A stretch of 63,935 nt of DNA from an uncultured virus (IMG/VR IMGVR_UViG_3300048861_000257). Taxonomy: Duplodnaviria > Heunggongvirae > Uroviricota > Caudoviricetes > Herelleviridae. The translations under genes were made by a program, and so were the position numbers. The stretch lies in the IMG/VR virus record IMGVR_UViG_3300048861_000257; one strand, written 5' to 3'. Under the pieces are notes generated by a model, which made no database searches, was not told the DNA's origin, and saw only the letters and a program-made list of their open reading frames with translations. How positions within the stretch are numbered: the stretch's first letter is position 1; the number at the start of each line of letters is the position of its first letter. Shown here one piece after another: positions 38,892 through 47,795 of the stretch.

Positions 38892-39683
38892 TCAGGGTGC
38901 GACGTGAGTCCTCTCGTCCTCACGCTGCTCTGCCGCGTAGCGGCCGGGGGTGAGGGCATAGAGGAGCAGCGCCGCGGCCAGCAGAAGGCATGCGATGAAC
39001 GCGGGATGAGCCACGACTTGCACGAGCTCGGCTGGCACGACGGTGGAGGCGACGTTGAACAGCACGTGCATGAGCACCACCTGCCAGAGTCGCTGGGTTG
39101 CCTCGTAGACGAACGCGAGGAGGATGCCGAGGGGCACCGTCAGCACGATCTGGACGAGGTTCCCATGGAGGATCGCGAACACCGAGGCGGTCACGAACGC
39201 CGAGGCGAGCGGCGGCCAGTGGCGGCGGAGGGCTGGGTAGGCGATGCCCCGGATCAGCGACTCCTCGCCGATCGGGGCGAGGATCAACGCAGTGACCAGG
39301 AGCAGCCACGCAGGCGACTGGTCCCTCGCGGTGTTGACGGCATCGAAACCTTCGGAGCCAAAGGTGTCGTAGATCCAAATGGCAGCTGCCTGACCGGCGA
39401 CCCAGCAGACGATCAGCGCCGACGCGGCCGCGACCCAGAAGCTCCCGGTCCGGGCGCGCGGCTGGGGCGCCGGAGCCCGCATCGTCCCAGTGGACCGCCG
39501 TCGGTACCCGAGGGCGAGCACGAGGGCGATCAGGTCGGATGCGGCAGCTCCGGCGATGGCGTCACCGGTGAGGATCGTGACCAGGAGGGCAACCGCCACG
39601 TACGCAGCGAGTGCCCCTCCCACGATCACGATCGTCTTGCCCCAGGCGAGCGCGGCCGGCGACAACGAGAGGCGGCTCTTCAT
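38892..39683 (-). CDS. CPBP (CAAX/Abi) family intramembrane metalloprotease
   Basis: APIGEESLIRG, FAILH, HVLFN; multiple TM helices. Confidence 0.9.
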   Translation of the reverse strand: MKSRLSLSPAALAWGKTIVIVGGALAAYVAVALLVTILTGDAIAGAAASDLIALVLALGYRRRSTGTMRAPAPQPRARTGSFWVAAASALIVCWVAGQAAAIWIYDTFGSEGFDAVNTARDQSPAWLLLVTALILAPIGEESLIRGIAYPALRRHWPPLASAFVTASVFAILHGNLVQIVLTVPLGILLAFVYEATQRLWQVVLMHVLFNVASTVVPAELVQVVAHPAFIACLLLAAALLLYALTPGRYAAEQREDERTHVAP

Positions 39684-41641
39684 CAGAATCGCTCCTCGTC
39701 GTCATCCTCGAGACCGGTGACCGAGAGCGGCTCGATCATCTGGTCGATCACGGCCTGCGGCGAGGCCACGCCGCGGAACACGTTGACCGACAGTGTGACA
39801 TGCATCCGCACCGTGCTCTCGCCCGGGATCGGACTCGCGGCCAGATCCTTGAGATCCTGGAGCCGGTCTGCCTGGTTCCACCAGAGCACCTTCATGCCGA
39901 TCGGGAGGATCAGGCGGAGGTGCTGGTCGTCGCTGCCGAGGGTCTGGATGGAGCACCGCGACAGGTCGACCGCGAACTCGATCACAGGGCGCTCGAAGCC
40001 ATGACCGAAGGGCGCCAGCGAGTTGATCCCCTCGGTGAGGTCGAGCAGCTCGTCGATGTCGGCCAGGTCGGCGTCGGAATCCTCCACAGGCCCGAGCACG
40101 AGGTCGGCGCCATGACTGGCCTCGAGCTCGCCGCTGAGAAGCATCCGGGCGTGGATGCTCTCCGCCTGGGCCTGCATCTCCTCCGCGAACCGGGTGAGGT
40201 CGGCGAGGTTGGCCGTCCGGACACCGCAGGCGTTCTCGTGTCCGACCGCCGTGAAGCCCAGCGGCGTCATCGTGGTGATGATCGGGAACCAGAACGGTGA
40301 GCGTGCCGAGCCCCCGATCGGCTCCGTATCGTCGGCGGGACGCCGGACCACCACGGTGGGTCGACCGGTGTCGCGCGAGACCGCGGAGGCGATGAGTCCG
40401 AGCATCCCGGTCGGGGCGTCGGTGAAGTAGATGCCGTAGTCGCCGAGCGGCTGCTCCTCCTCCCAGAGCTTCGCGAGGTACTCCTGGCTCAGCTCCTTGC
40501 GCAGCTCGTTGATGTCGATGATCGTCTTGGCGTGCTCGTACTTCTGCGCGGCCGTCGCCGCGGTGAACACCCCGAAGGCGTCGTGCATCGAGCCGCCGAC
40601 GCGGCGGATCGCGTTGAAGGCCGGTGCCAGGTAGAACGCGTAGAACTCCTCATTCAGGTCCGCAATCGAGCGCAGCTTGCCGTTGGCGAACGCAGGCTCC
40701 CCGCGCCAGTCGAGCTTCTGCTCGCCGTTTTCGTCCAGCAGCGGCTTCCGGTGCTCCTTGAACGCCTTCATCATCAGGGCGAAGCCTTCGAAGACGGAGA
40801 CGTAGGCCGGGTGGTGCGGCTTGCTACGCAGCAGCATCATCAGCGTGCTGTTCTCGATGTCATACCGGGTGACCAGGTCCTCGCCCGGGATCTGGACGTA
40901 GAGCAACCGGGCCACCGAGAGTGAGTCGCGCACCATCTTCCGGTTCTCGAAGTAGAGCGGCATGACGTCCGAGACGGTGCCGATGCCAGCGAACAGCTTC
41001 AGCATCGAGATCTCGGACCGCTTCTCCGGCGCGTAGCGGTCGGCATAGGCGGTGAGGACCTGGTGGAGGACGTACGCTCCGCAGATTCCCTGGTGCTTGT
41101 AGGTCTCCGTGATCCGAACGGGGTTCACGGCAATGTCTGCGACGCTGCCCGGCGACAGCTCCATGTGATGGTCCGTGACCAGAGTGATGAACCCGAGGTT
41201 CCGGGCCTCCTGGATGCCCTCGTTGCTGTTGATCCCCCCGTCGCACGTGAGGATCGCACGCGCCGCCGGGAACTGGGCGCGCAGCTCGCGGACCGCTTCC
41301 ACCGTGATGTCGTGGCCCCGGCGGTAGTCAGGGACGTAGAGCTGAGCGTTGAAGCCCAGTTCATTGAGGCCGGCCCAGCCGAGGACACCGGAGGTGATCC
41401 CGTCCATGTCGAAGTCCGGGAGGACCACGATCTGCTCGCCGGCCAGCTTGATCCGGTGGAGCTCGGCGGCCATGCGGTCGACGTCGTGGAGCTCGTCGTG
41501 GGACGGGTCGTTGATGGTCATCAGGTACTGGTCCGTCCAACCCCGCTTCCGGCAGAGGAGGCTGAACAGGGACTCGTCGCGGAACTCCCCGATCGGAGGG
41601 CTGCCGTTGGTGGTGGTGAGGGTGTTTCCGGGGTCGTTCAT
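39683..41641 (-). CDS. recJ: RecJ-like DHH-family ssDNA exonuclease
   Basis: DFDMDGITS, TCDGGI, VTDHH, GTVSDVMPL, GSARS, GHENACG. Confidence 0.88.
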   Translation of the reverse strand: MNDPGNTLTTTNGSPPIGEFRDESLFSLLCRKRGWTDQYLMTINDPSHDELHDVDRMAAELHRIKLAGEQIVVLPDFDMDGITSGVLGWAGLNELGFNAQLYVPDYRRGHDITVEAVRELRAQFPAARAILTCDGGINSNEGIQEARNLGFITLVTDHHMELSPGSVADIAVNPVRITETYKHQGICGAYVLHQVLTAYADRYAPEKRSEISMLKLFAGIGTVSDVMPLYFENRKMVRDSLSVARLLYVQIPGEDLVTRYDIENSTLMMLLRSKPHHPAYVSVFEGFALMMKAFKEHRKPLLDENGEQKLDWRGEPAFANGKLRSIADLNEEFYAFYLAPAFNAIRRVGGSMHDAFGVFTAATAAQKYEHAKTIIDINELRKELSQEYLAKLWEEEQPLGDYGIYFTDAPTGMLGLIASAVSRDTGRPTVVVRRPADDTEPIGGSARSPFWFPIITTMTPLGFTAVGHENACGVRTANLADLTRFAEEMQAQAESIHARMLLSGELEASHGADLVLGPVEDSDADLADIDELLDLTEGINSLAPFGHGFERPVIEFAVDLSRCSIQTLGSDDQHLRLILPIGMKVLWWNQADRLQDLKDLAASPIPGESTVRMHVTLSVNVFRGVASPQAVIDQMIEPLSVTGLEDDDEERF

Positions 41642-41750
41642 GGCGCTCCTTCGCGGAAGATGTGGGGGAGAGGGCGTGCTTCAATCCTAACGACGAAGGG
41701 CGCTGAATCCCCTCGTTTATGAGAGAATCCAGCGCCCCTAGGCGTCAGCG

Positions 41751-42347
41751 TCAGGCGGCGTTGGCCTCCGCGGCGACGTGGATGATTTCGCGCTGATAGA
41801 TGCCTTCGAAGCTGTGGCGGAGGCCACGCTCGGGGGTGTCGATGATCAGCATGGGGCGCTGCGCCTCCTCGAGCTGGTTCATCACCGCTCCGGGGAGCGA
41901 CTCAGGGCTGAAGTCGATCATCTTCTTGCCGTCCGGAACCATCGCCGGGATGAGCACGACGTTGGCGTCGACCGAGCCGATCTGATCGAACGGGATCTGC
42001 TTGACGCCGACGGCGAGCGAGCGGAAGTGATCCGCGTCCTCCTCGATGAACGGGTTGTGCAGCGGGTCCCGCTCGGACATCCACTCGATGAACTGGTCGC
42101 TCTGACCGAAGTCCAGAGCTTCGTACGGCACGCCCTCACGCTCGAACGCTGCCGCGACGGCGAGGCCCGGGAGTGAGGAGAGGTCCACGAGGCCGCGCTG
42201 GACCTCCATGGCATCGATCAGCCGAGCGACGGTGTCGGTCAGCAGCAGGGTCGCCGCCTGCGGGTCGGCGAAGAACGCGATCGTGCGTTCTGTACGGACG
42301 TCCTCGGCGCTCTCGCTGGCGACGGCGTCCTCGTGATTGGTGGTCAT
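41751..42347 (-). CDS. Hypothetical protein
   Basis: AAGGAG RBS. Confidence 0.7.
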   Translation of the reverse strand: MTTNHEDAVASESAEDVRTERTIAFFADPQAATLLLTDTVARLIDAMEVQRGLVDLSSLPGLAVAAAFEREGVPYEALDFGQSDQFIEWMSERDPLHNPFIEEDADHFRSLAVGVKQIPFDQIGSVDANVVLIPAMVPDGKKMIDFSPESLPGAVMNQLEEAQRPMLIIDTPERGLRHSFEGIYQREIIHVAAEANAA

Positions 42348-42446
42348 GATGACTCCTTCTGGTGGTTGGTTGTCCGCATGGCAGAGGGGCGGGTGCTTAT
42401 GGCGTACTAACTAGTCTGCTGGATGGTACTGACGAGCGCGTCCCCG

Positions 42447-42773
42447 TCAGTACCAGAGCCCCTCGTAGATGTGGTCTGAGCCGACGCTCTCGCGTAGCTC
42501 GGCGAGCTTCGCGTCGTACCCATTCAGATCGACTACGGGGTGCTCTCGGACACCCTCGACGTCGTCGCGGCCAAGGGCATGCGCCTTGTCGTTGATGGCC
42601 GAACCGATCGTAATGAGGACGTCGTCTCCGTTCGGTGTCTGCGTCTTGATCGACGAGGCACCGGCGGGGAAGGTCTCTGGCTTCTGCAGCCACTCCCAGA
42701 GGTCCGACCGATCGAACGTGTGCACGGTTGCGTACTCGTCGATCTCGTCGGTCAGCAGGATGGCGTAGGCCAT
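42447..42773 (-). CDS. Hypothetical protein (MAYAILL)
   Basis: Tight packing after upstream stop. Confidence 0.65.
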   Translation of the reverse strand: MAYAILLTDEIDEYATVHTFDRSDLWEWLQKPETFPAGASSIKTQTPNGDDVLITIGSAINDKAHALGRDDVEGVREHPVVDLNGYDAKLAELRESVGSDHIYEGLWY

Positions 42774-42774
42774 G

Positions 42775-43194
42775 TCATCGCCCCTCTCGAGCCGCGAGCG
42801 GAAGGTCGAACTCGACCCAGTCCTCGTGAAACTCGTCCGAACGATCGAGGTGCTCAAGGATGTCGTCGTCAGCCCCGATCAGCACGATGGCGATCTCGGC
42901 CTGGTTGACAGCGTGGAGCTGCTCGGGGGAGAGCCGATCACGCTCCTCCCAGACCTGGAGGTCGTCGACGCCCTCGGCACCGGAGATCAGCTGAAGGAGA
43001 TGCGGCTCGTCCTGATCCCAGTTCCGGGTGAACACGGCGAGGGTGTGCTGAGGGAAGGCATCGCTCAGCAGAGCCTTGGCGTGCTCGGCGCGAGCTGCAT
43101 CGGCCGTTGTTTTGGCCGCGTGGAGCAGAGCCTCGGTGGCCGTCCGGCGCCTGGCGATCTCGTCGATGTTCTTGGCTTCGATGGTGGGCATCAT
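42775..43194 (-). CDS. Hypothetical protein
   Basis: Overlap with rarA stop. Confidence 0.65.
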   Translation of the reverse strand: MMPTIEAKNIDEIARRRTATEALLHAAKTTADAARAEHAKALLSDAFPQHTLAVFTRNWDQDEPHLLQLISGAEGVDDLQVWEERDRLSPEQLHAVNQAEIAIVLIGADDDILEHLDRSDEFHEDWVEFDLPLAAREGR

Positions 43195-44486
43195 CGGCCC
43201 CTTTCGTTGTTCAGGCGCTCGATGGCGCTCATGCGGGTTCCGACAACCTGCTCGAAGCCGTTGGCGGTGGGGGAGTAGTACTCGGCACCCAGCACCTCGT
43301 CCGGGAGGTACTGCTGCGCGACGATCCCGTGCGGGAAGTCGTGCGGGAACAGGTACCCCTGGCCGTGGCCCAGCGCCTTGGCGCCGGCGTAGTGCGCGTC
43401 CCGGAGGTGCATCGGCACCGACCCGGTTCGGCCGGCTCGCACGTCGGCGAGTGCCGTGTCGATACCCATGACGGCCGGGGACTTGGGAGCCGTGGCGACC
43501 GCCAGGGCGGCGTGTGCGAGGTTGATCCGGGCCTCGGGCATGCCGATGAGCTGCACGGCCTGCGCGGCCGCGACAGCGATCGGGAGCACGGAGGGATCGG
43601 CCATGCCGACGTCCTCGCTGGCGTGCACCATGATGCGGCGGGCGATGAAGCGCGGGTCTTCGCCGGCCTCGATCATCCGTGCGAGCCAGTGCAGCGTCGC
43701 CTGGGGATCGGAGCCTCGCATCGACTTGATGAAGGCGGAGATGATGTCGTAGTGCTGGTCGCCGTCTCGGTCGTAGCGCTGCAGGGCAGAGCCGGTGACC
43801 TGTTCGAGGATCTCGCGGTCGATGGTGCTCTTACCTGCCGCTTGCGCGGTCGCGACGGCCGTCTCCAGACGGTTCAGGGCTTGGCGGACGTCTCCGCTGG
43901 AGAGGTCTGCGATCACGTCCAGCGCGGAGTCCTCGAATCCGATGCCGGTGGCTCCGAGGTGCACGTCGTCCTCTAGGGCACGCGAGAGGAGCGCCACGAT
44001 GTCGTCGCGCTCCACCGGGTGCAGCACGAGCAGGATCGACCGTGAGACGAGGGCGGCGTTCACCGCGAAGCTCGGGTTCTCGGTCGTCGCCCCGATCAGC
44101 GAGATGGTGCCCGCTTCGACGGCGGGCAAGAGAACATCCTGCTGGGCTTTCGAGAAGCGGTGGATCTCGTCGATGAAGACGAGGGTCTGTTCGCCGTTGT
44201 CCAGCGCCTTCTGCGCTTCGGTCAACGCTTTGCGGACGTCGGCGACGCCGGCTGAGGTGGCGGAGAGAACGACGAAACGCCTGCTGGTCTGGTGCGCGAT
44301 CACGCTGGCGATGCTGGTCTTGCCGCAGCCGGGAGGCCCGTACAGGAGAACCGACGTCGAGCCTTTGCCATTGGCCAGCTGCTCGAGCGGCGAGCCGGGG
44401 AAGATCAGGTGTGACTGCCCGACGATCTGCGCGAGCGACTCAGGGCGCATCCGCGCGGCCAGGGGCTGGTTGGTGGTTGTGCTCAC
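43191..44486 (-). CDS. rarA: Replication-associated recombination protein A (RarA/MgsA AAA+)
   Basis: PLAARMRP, GPPGCGKTS, FIDEIHRF, GATTENPSF, HYDIISAFIKSMRGSD, EDVGMADP, VPMHLRD. Confidence 0.95.
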   Translation of the reverse strand: MSTTTNQPLAARMRPESLAQIVGQSHLIFPGSPLEQLANGKGSTSVLLYGPPGCGKTSIASVIAHQTSRRFVVLSATSAGVADVRKALTEAQKALDNGEQTLVFIDEIHRFSKAQQDVLLPAVEAGTISLIGATTENPSFAVNAALVSRSILLVLHPVERDDIVALLSRALEDDVHLGATGIGFEDSALDVIADLSSGDVRQALNRLETAVATAQAAGKSTIDREILEQVTGSALQRYDRDGDQHYDIISAFIKSMRGSDPQATLHWLARMIEAGEDPRFIARRIMVHASEDVGMADPSVLPIAVAAAQAVQLIGMPEARINLAHAALAVATAPKSPAVMGIDTALADVRAGRTGSVPMHLRDAHYAGAKALGHGQGYLFPHDFPHGIVAQQYLPDEVLGAEYYSPTANGFEQVVGTRMSAIERLNNERGR

Positions 44487-44567
44487 GGGTGACTCCTTGA
44501 TCTCGCCGGTGGACGCGACAACGGCCACTGCATTCAGCAGTGGCCGTTGGCGAGTCGATGATGGTGT

Positions 44568-45305
44568 TCAGCGCTGGGGCGCATCCTGTTCGATGCTGTC
44601 GCTCTGGTCTGAGTGCCCATCTGGACGAAGCTCAGGGAAGCGCCGGTAGTTCCGCTCAGCTGCAGCGGTTGTGGCCGTCCTCGCCTGTTTCAGCTCTTGG
44701 TAGATGCTCGTGACCATCTGTTTGGCCTGGGCCTTGGTCTCCTGGCGCGGGAGCTGCTGAGCGCCCTGTCGGAACATGCGCCGGGAGAGGTACTGGTACG
44801 TCGCCACTTGTATGTCATCCATCTGGTGCGACGTGAGCCGGGAAAGCTGATCCGCCCGCACCGCCATGCGCTTGTTGTTCGCGCACCACTCGCGCAGCTC
44901 GCCGTCTCCGCTGACGAGCACGGCGGGCAACCGGGCATCGTTCTCGGCGGCGTCCATCGTCGAGATGACGGTCGAATCCTCGAAGTCGGACTTGCCGTAC
45001 TTGTCGACGAGGCCGTAGTCAGTGATGGGGATGTGGCCGAGTACGTGCTTCTCGGGGCCGTAGTCGTCGTCGCTCATGATCAGCTCGAGGTACTCGTGGA
45101 CGACGTCGGGATCGGCACCCATCTCCAGCAGCTTGTTGGCCGTCGTCTTGAGCATCACCTCGGACAGATAGATCGGCATGCCGTTGTCGTCAGACAACGC
45201 TCGGACCGCGGCCGCGTGATTCCCGCTCGCAGGGTTGGCGGCGTCGATCAGGACGTTGACGTCGAAGACGATGAGGGCCTTGGCCGCCGGGTTCCGAGTG
45301 CTCAC
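44568..45305 (-). CDS. PIN-domain (VapC-like) protein with C-terminal extension
   Basis: IVFDVNVLIDA, DFEDSTVI, LVSGDGEL; GTGA overlap with small upstream gene. Confidence 0.75.
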   Translation of the reverse strand: MSTRNPAAKALIVFDVNVLIDAANPASGNHAAAVRALSDDNGMPIYLSEVMLKTTANKLLEMGADPDVVHEYLELIMSDDDYGPEKHVLGHIPITDYGLVDKYGKSDFEDSTVISTMDAAENDARLPAVLVSGDGELREWCANNKRMAVRADQLSRLTSHQMDDIQVATYQYLSRRMFRQGAQQLPRQETKAQAKQMVTSIYQELKQARTATTAAAERNYRRFPELRPDGHSDQSDSIEQDAPQR

Positions 45306-45511
45306 GACTCGGGCCCTGCCTTGGGCGCGCCGTCGGGCCACATGCGCGAGGCGACGTCCTCGAGCTGTGCCTGGCGCTTCGCAGCGCGATCGGCCTTGAG
45401 CGTGTCGAGGATGAATTCGTTGATCGAGGTGAAGCCGCGCTCCTGGAGCAGCTGGGCGAAGTCCGCCTCGACTTTGGGCTCGAGATCTAGTTCAAGAATG
45501 GGAGTGGCCAT
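45302..45511 (-). CDS. Putative antitoxin (ribbon-helix-helix-like)
   Basis: 69 aa, GFTSINEFILDTL helix; coupled to PIN gene. Confidence 0.6.
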   Translation of the reverse strand: MATPILELDLEPKVEADFAQLLQERGFTSINEFILDTLKADRAAKRQAQLEDVASRMWPDGAPKAGPES

Positions 45512-45701
45512 GCGGGCTTCGTTTCTGTGTAGTCGGATGGAATGGACGTTGATCTGAAATTAACACTGATCGGGGCCGGGTTCCTCGTCTTCTTCGGGCC
45601 ATTCGTTGCCGCAGCCACCGCGCTTGTCGCAGATCCATCCGCCGTCGTCGACGGGGTTGCACCAGTGGCCACAGACGGCGCAGCGGTACTTGACCACAGG
45701 C

Positions 45702-46241
45702 TCAGCCGATCCGGCGGGGGTCACGATGTGGTGTGGTGGGTATGTCGAGCTGGTGATGGCGCGGGTCGAGTGATGCGGTGCCGCAGAAGCGGACCATCTC
45801 GGGTGGCACGTCGCACTCGATGACGAAGTGCTCGGGGTTCAGCGGGTCCTGCCGGTGGGGAAGGGATGCCGCGCCGGTGATCGACCAGATGCCCCAGACG
45901 GGCTCGTTGATCGCCCAGACTCCGCGCTCGTCGGGTTCGGCCGAGGCGTAGACGCCGATCGGCTGGCCCAGCGGGATGCTGAAGCCGTAGTGTCCTTCGG
46001 CCGGGTCCGCCGCGAGCAGTCCGTGGGAGGCGATGCTCGTGCGGTTATGCAGGGACGAGGTGTGGAACACGACCTGGGGCATCTCACGCCTGAGCGCTGT
46101 GGCCCGGAGTGCGGCGTAGTCGAGTGACGGGTCCTGCTCGAGCAGGCCGATCATCGCGTTCGCGAGGTCAGGGGCGAGCTCGTTGACGGAGGCCTTGTAG
46201 TAGATGTGGCGCATCGTCTCCTCGGGCGTGAGAGCGGTCAC
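45702..46241 (-). CDS. Hypothetical protein with possible ADP-ribosyltransferase (Tpt1/KptA-like) fold
   Basis: FHTS..SIASHGL..GVYAS..W..DVPPEMV spacing. Confidence 0.5.
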   Translation of the reverse strand: MTALTPEETMRHIYYKASVNELAPDLANAMIGLLEQDPSLDYAALRATALRREMPQVVFHTSSLHNRTSIASHGLLAADPAEGHYGFSIPLGQPIGVYASAEPDERGVWAINEPVWGIWSITGAASLPHRQDPLNPEHFVIECDVPPEMVRFCGTASLDPRHHQLDIPTTPHRDPRRIG

Positions 46242-46414
46242 TCGCCGGCCTCCCGTCTCTGGTCGCGGATCGCCTGGCGTTCCCGCTCGGTGCGGGTGCC
46301 CTTCCGCGGCTGCGGCGTGTGCGGCTGCGTCGCGCTGGAGCTGCCGAGGCCGTGCATCGCTCGGTTGAGCTCGGGGTTGGCCACGCGGTAGGCGTGGGTC
46401 TTCTTGTTGCCCAT
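46238..46414 (-). CDS. Small basic actinophage-type protein (MGNKKTH)
   Basis: SSATQPH..KGTR..RQAIRDQ; AAGGAGG RBS. Confidence 0.65.
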   Translation of the reverse strand: MGNKKTHAYRVANPELNRAMHGLGSSSATQPHTPQPRKGTRTERERQAIRDQRREAGE

Positions 46415-46427
46415 CGCGGGCCTCCTT

Positions 46428-46646
46428 TCAGAGCTCGGGTACAGGTGGGTTGTCGACGAGCTCGTACTGTTCGAGGAACGTCGTGATCTTGTTGTGCGTT
46501 CGACGTTCACAGTCGTGGCTGATCTGCTTGTGGTACTTGCCGATGCGGTCGACGAAGACGATCCGCGTGAGGGTGCCGTCGCTCTTGCGACGCCAGGTCT
46601 GACCTACCCGGACACGGCTGAGTTCGGGGGATTCGGCGGGGCTCAT
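46428..46646 (-). CDS. Hypothetical protein
   Basis: AAGGAG RBS. Confidence 0.6.
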   Translation of the reverse strand: MSPAESPELSRVRVGQTWRRKSDGTLTRIVFVDRIGKYHKQISHDCERRTHNKITTFLEQYELVDNPPVPEL

Positions 46647-46671
46647 GTCGTCTCCTTCGTCTATCCGCCGG

Positions 46672-47316
46672 TCATCGCGGGTTCAGCGCGATGTGGCGGT
46701 GCAGTGGTCGGCCGACGCCTTCGAGCAGAGTCGTGACCTCCTCGGGGAACGTCACGTAGACGAAGTCGAGGTTCTGGATCTTGTCGAAGAGCATCATGGT
46801 CGCCTGCTGTCGCGGGATGCCGCGGCTCTGCAGGTAGAACAGCTCGTCCTCGTCGAGTACGGGCTGGCCGCCGAGCGCGTGGAGCTCGGCATCCGGATCG
46901 GATGCCAGGCCCATCGGGTTCGTGGCGATCTGGTACTCGTGCGGCCAGAGGTGCAGGTCGCCGGCGGGCGTCGCGATCACGGCCTGTCGCGGGTAGACCT
47001 TCAGGCGCTTGGTGATGTTCACCCCGCCGTCGTTGAGCTGATGTGGGCGTGCGCGCCACATGCTCAGGAGAGGGAGACGGAACTTCTCTCGGAGGACCGT
47101 GTGCGGTTCCTCCAAGATGAGGATCCAGGCTCCTTCCTCGGGGATGGCCTTCTCGTCCTGCTCGGGGAAGTAGATCGCTGGGTCGAACCCTGCGGACGTG
47201 GCGATCATCCAGCCGTCGTCCGAAGCCTCGGCGCGGCGGTCCTCGTCCCAGTCGAGCCACTCCTGCGTCACCTTGGTGCGGCGCTCGTCGGCGTACTTCT
47301 TCGGAGCCTTGGTCAT
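46672..47316 (-). CDS. Protein with SufB/SufD-like C-terminal motif on an unrelated N-terminus
   Basis: LDEDELFYLQSRGIPRQQATMML. Confidence 0.7.
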   Translation of the reverse strand: MTKAPKKYADERRTKVTQEWLDWDEDRRAEASDDGWMIATSAGFDPAIYFPEQDEKAIPEEGAWILILEEPHTVLREKFRLPLLSMWRARPHQLNDGGVNITKRLKVYPRQAVIATPAGDLHLWPHEYQIATNPMGLASDPDAELHALGGQPVLDEDELFYLQSRGIPRQQATMMLFDKIQNLDFVYVTFPEEVTTLLEGVGRPLHRHIALNPR

Positions 47317-47318
47317 GC

Positions 47319-47795
47319 TCAGCCTCGCGCCCACTCGGGAAGCGAGCGCTCCTCAACCGGCACGCCGAGCACGGTGGCGCGACGGATGCCCTCTTCCATC
47401 CCCTGGCTGATGCCGCGGTCAATGTAGACGGCAACGCGCTCCACCAGCGGCAACCAGCTGAAGCCGGCCAGCATCCCGAGTTCGCGCTCGTCTGCGATGC
47501 CGTCGTCGAGGACGAAGGTCTGGGAGTAGAGCATGTGGCTGGCCATCGGTGCCTCGCCACGCATCAGTGAGTCGCGGAGGGCGGCTCGGCCGTAGAGCTG
47601 GTTCAGGCTGACGGCGGTGGCCGACTTGCCCGCGAACGGGGACTCGATCATGATGTGAGGCTTCAGCCCGTTCCGGGCCGCCTCCGCACGGAACGGCGCG
47701 CTATCGCGTCGTGCGGCAGCCAGAGCGGCTTCGAGCTGCACGTCAACGTCGGACTGCTCGACGATGGCCGATCGCTGGGTGGTCGTCTTCATCAC
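47319..47795 (-). CDS. Phage-type nucleoside deoxyribosyltransferase-like fold protein
   Basis: IESPFAG, GEAPMASHMLY, VYIDRGISQGMEEGI. Confidence 0.7.
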   Translation of the reverse strand: MMKTTTQRSAIVEQSDVDVQLEAALAAARRDSAPFRAEAARNGLKPHIMIESPFAGKSATAVSLNQLYGRAALRDSLMRGEAPMASHMLYSQTFVLDDGIADERELGMLAGFSWLPLVERVAVYIDRGISQGMEEGIRRATVLGVPVEERSLPEWARG

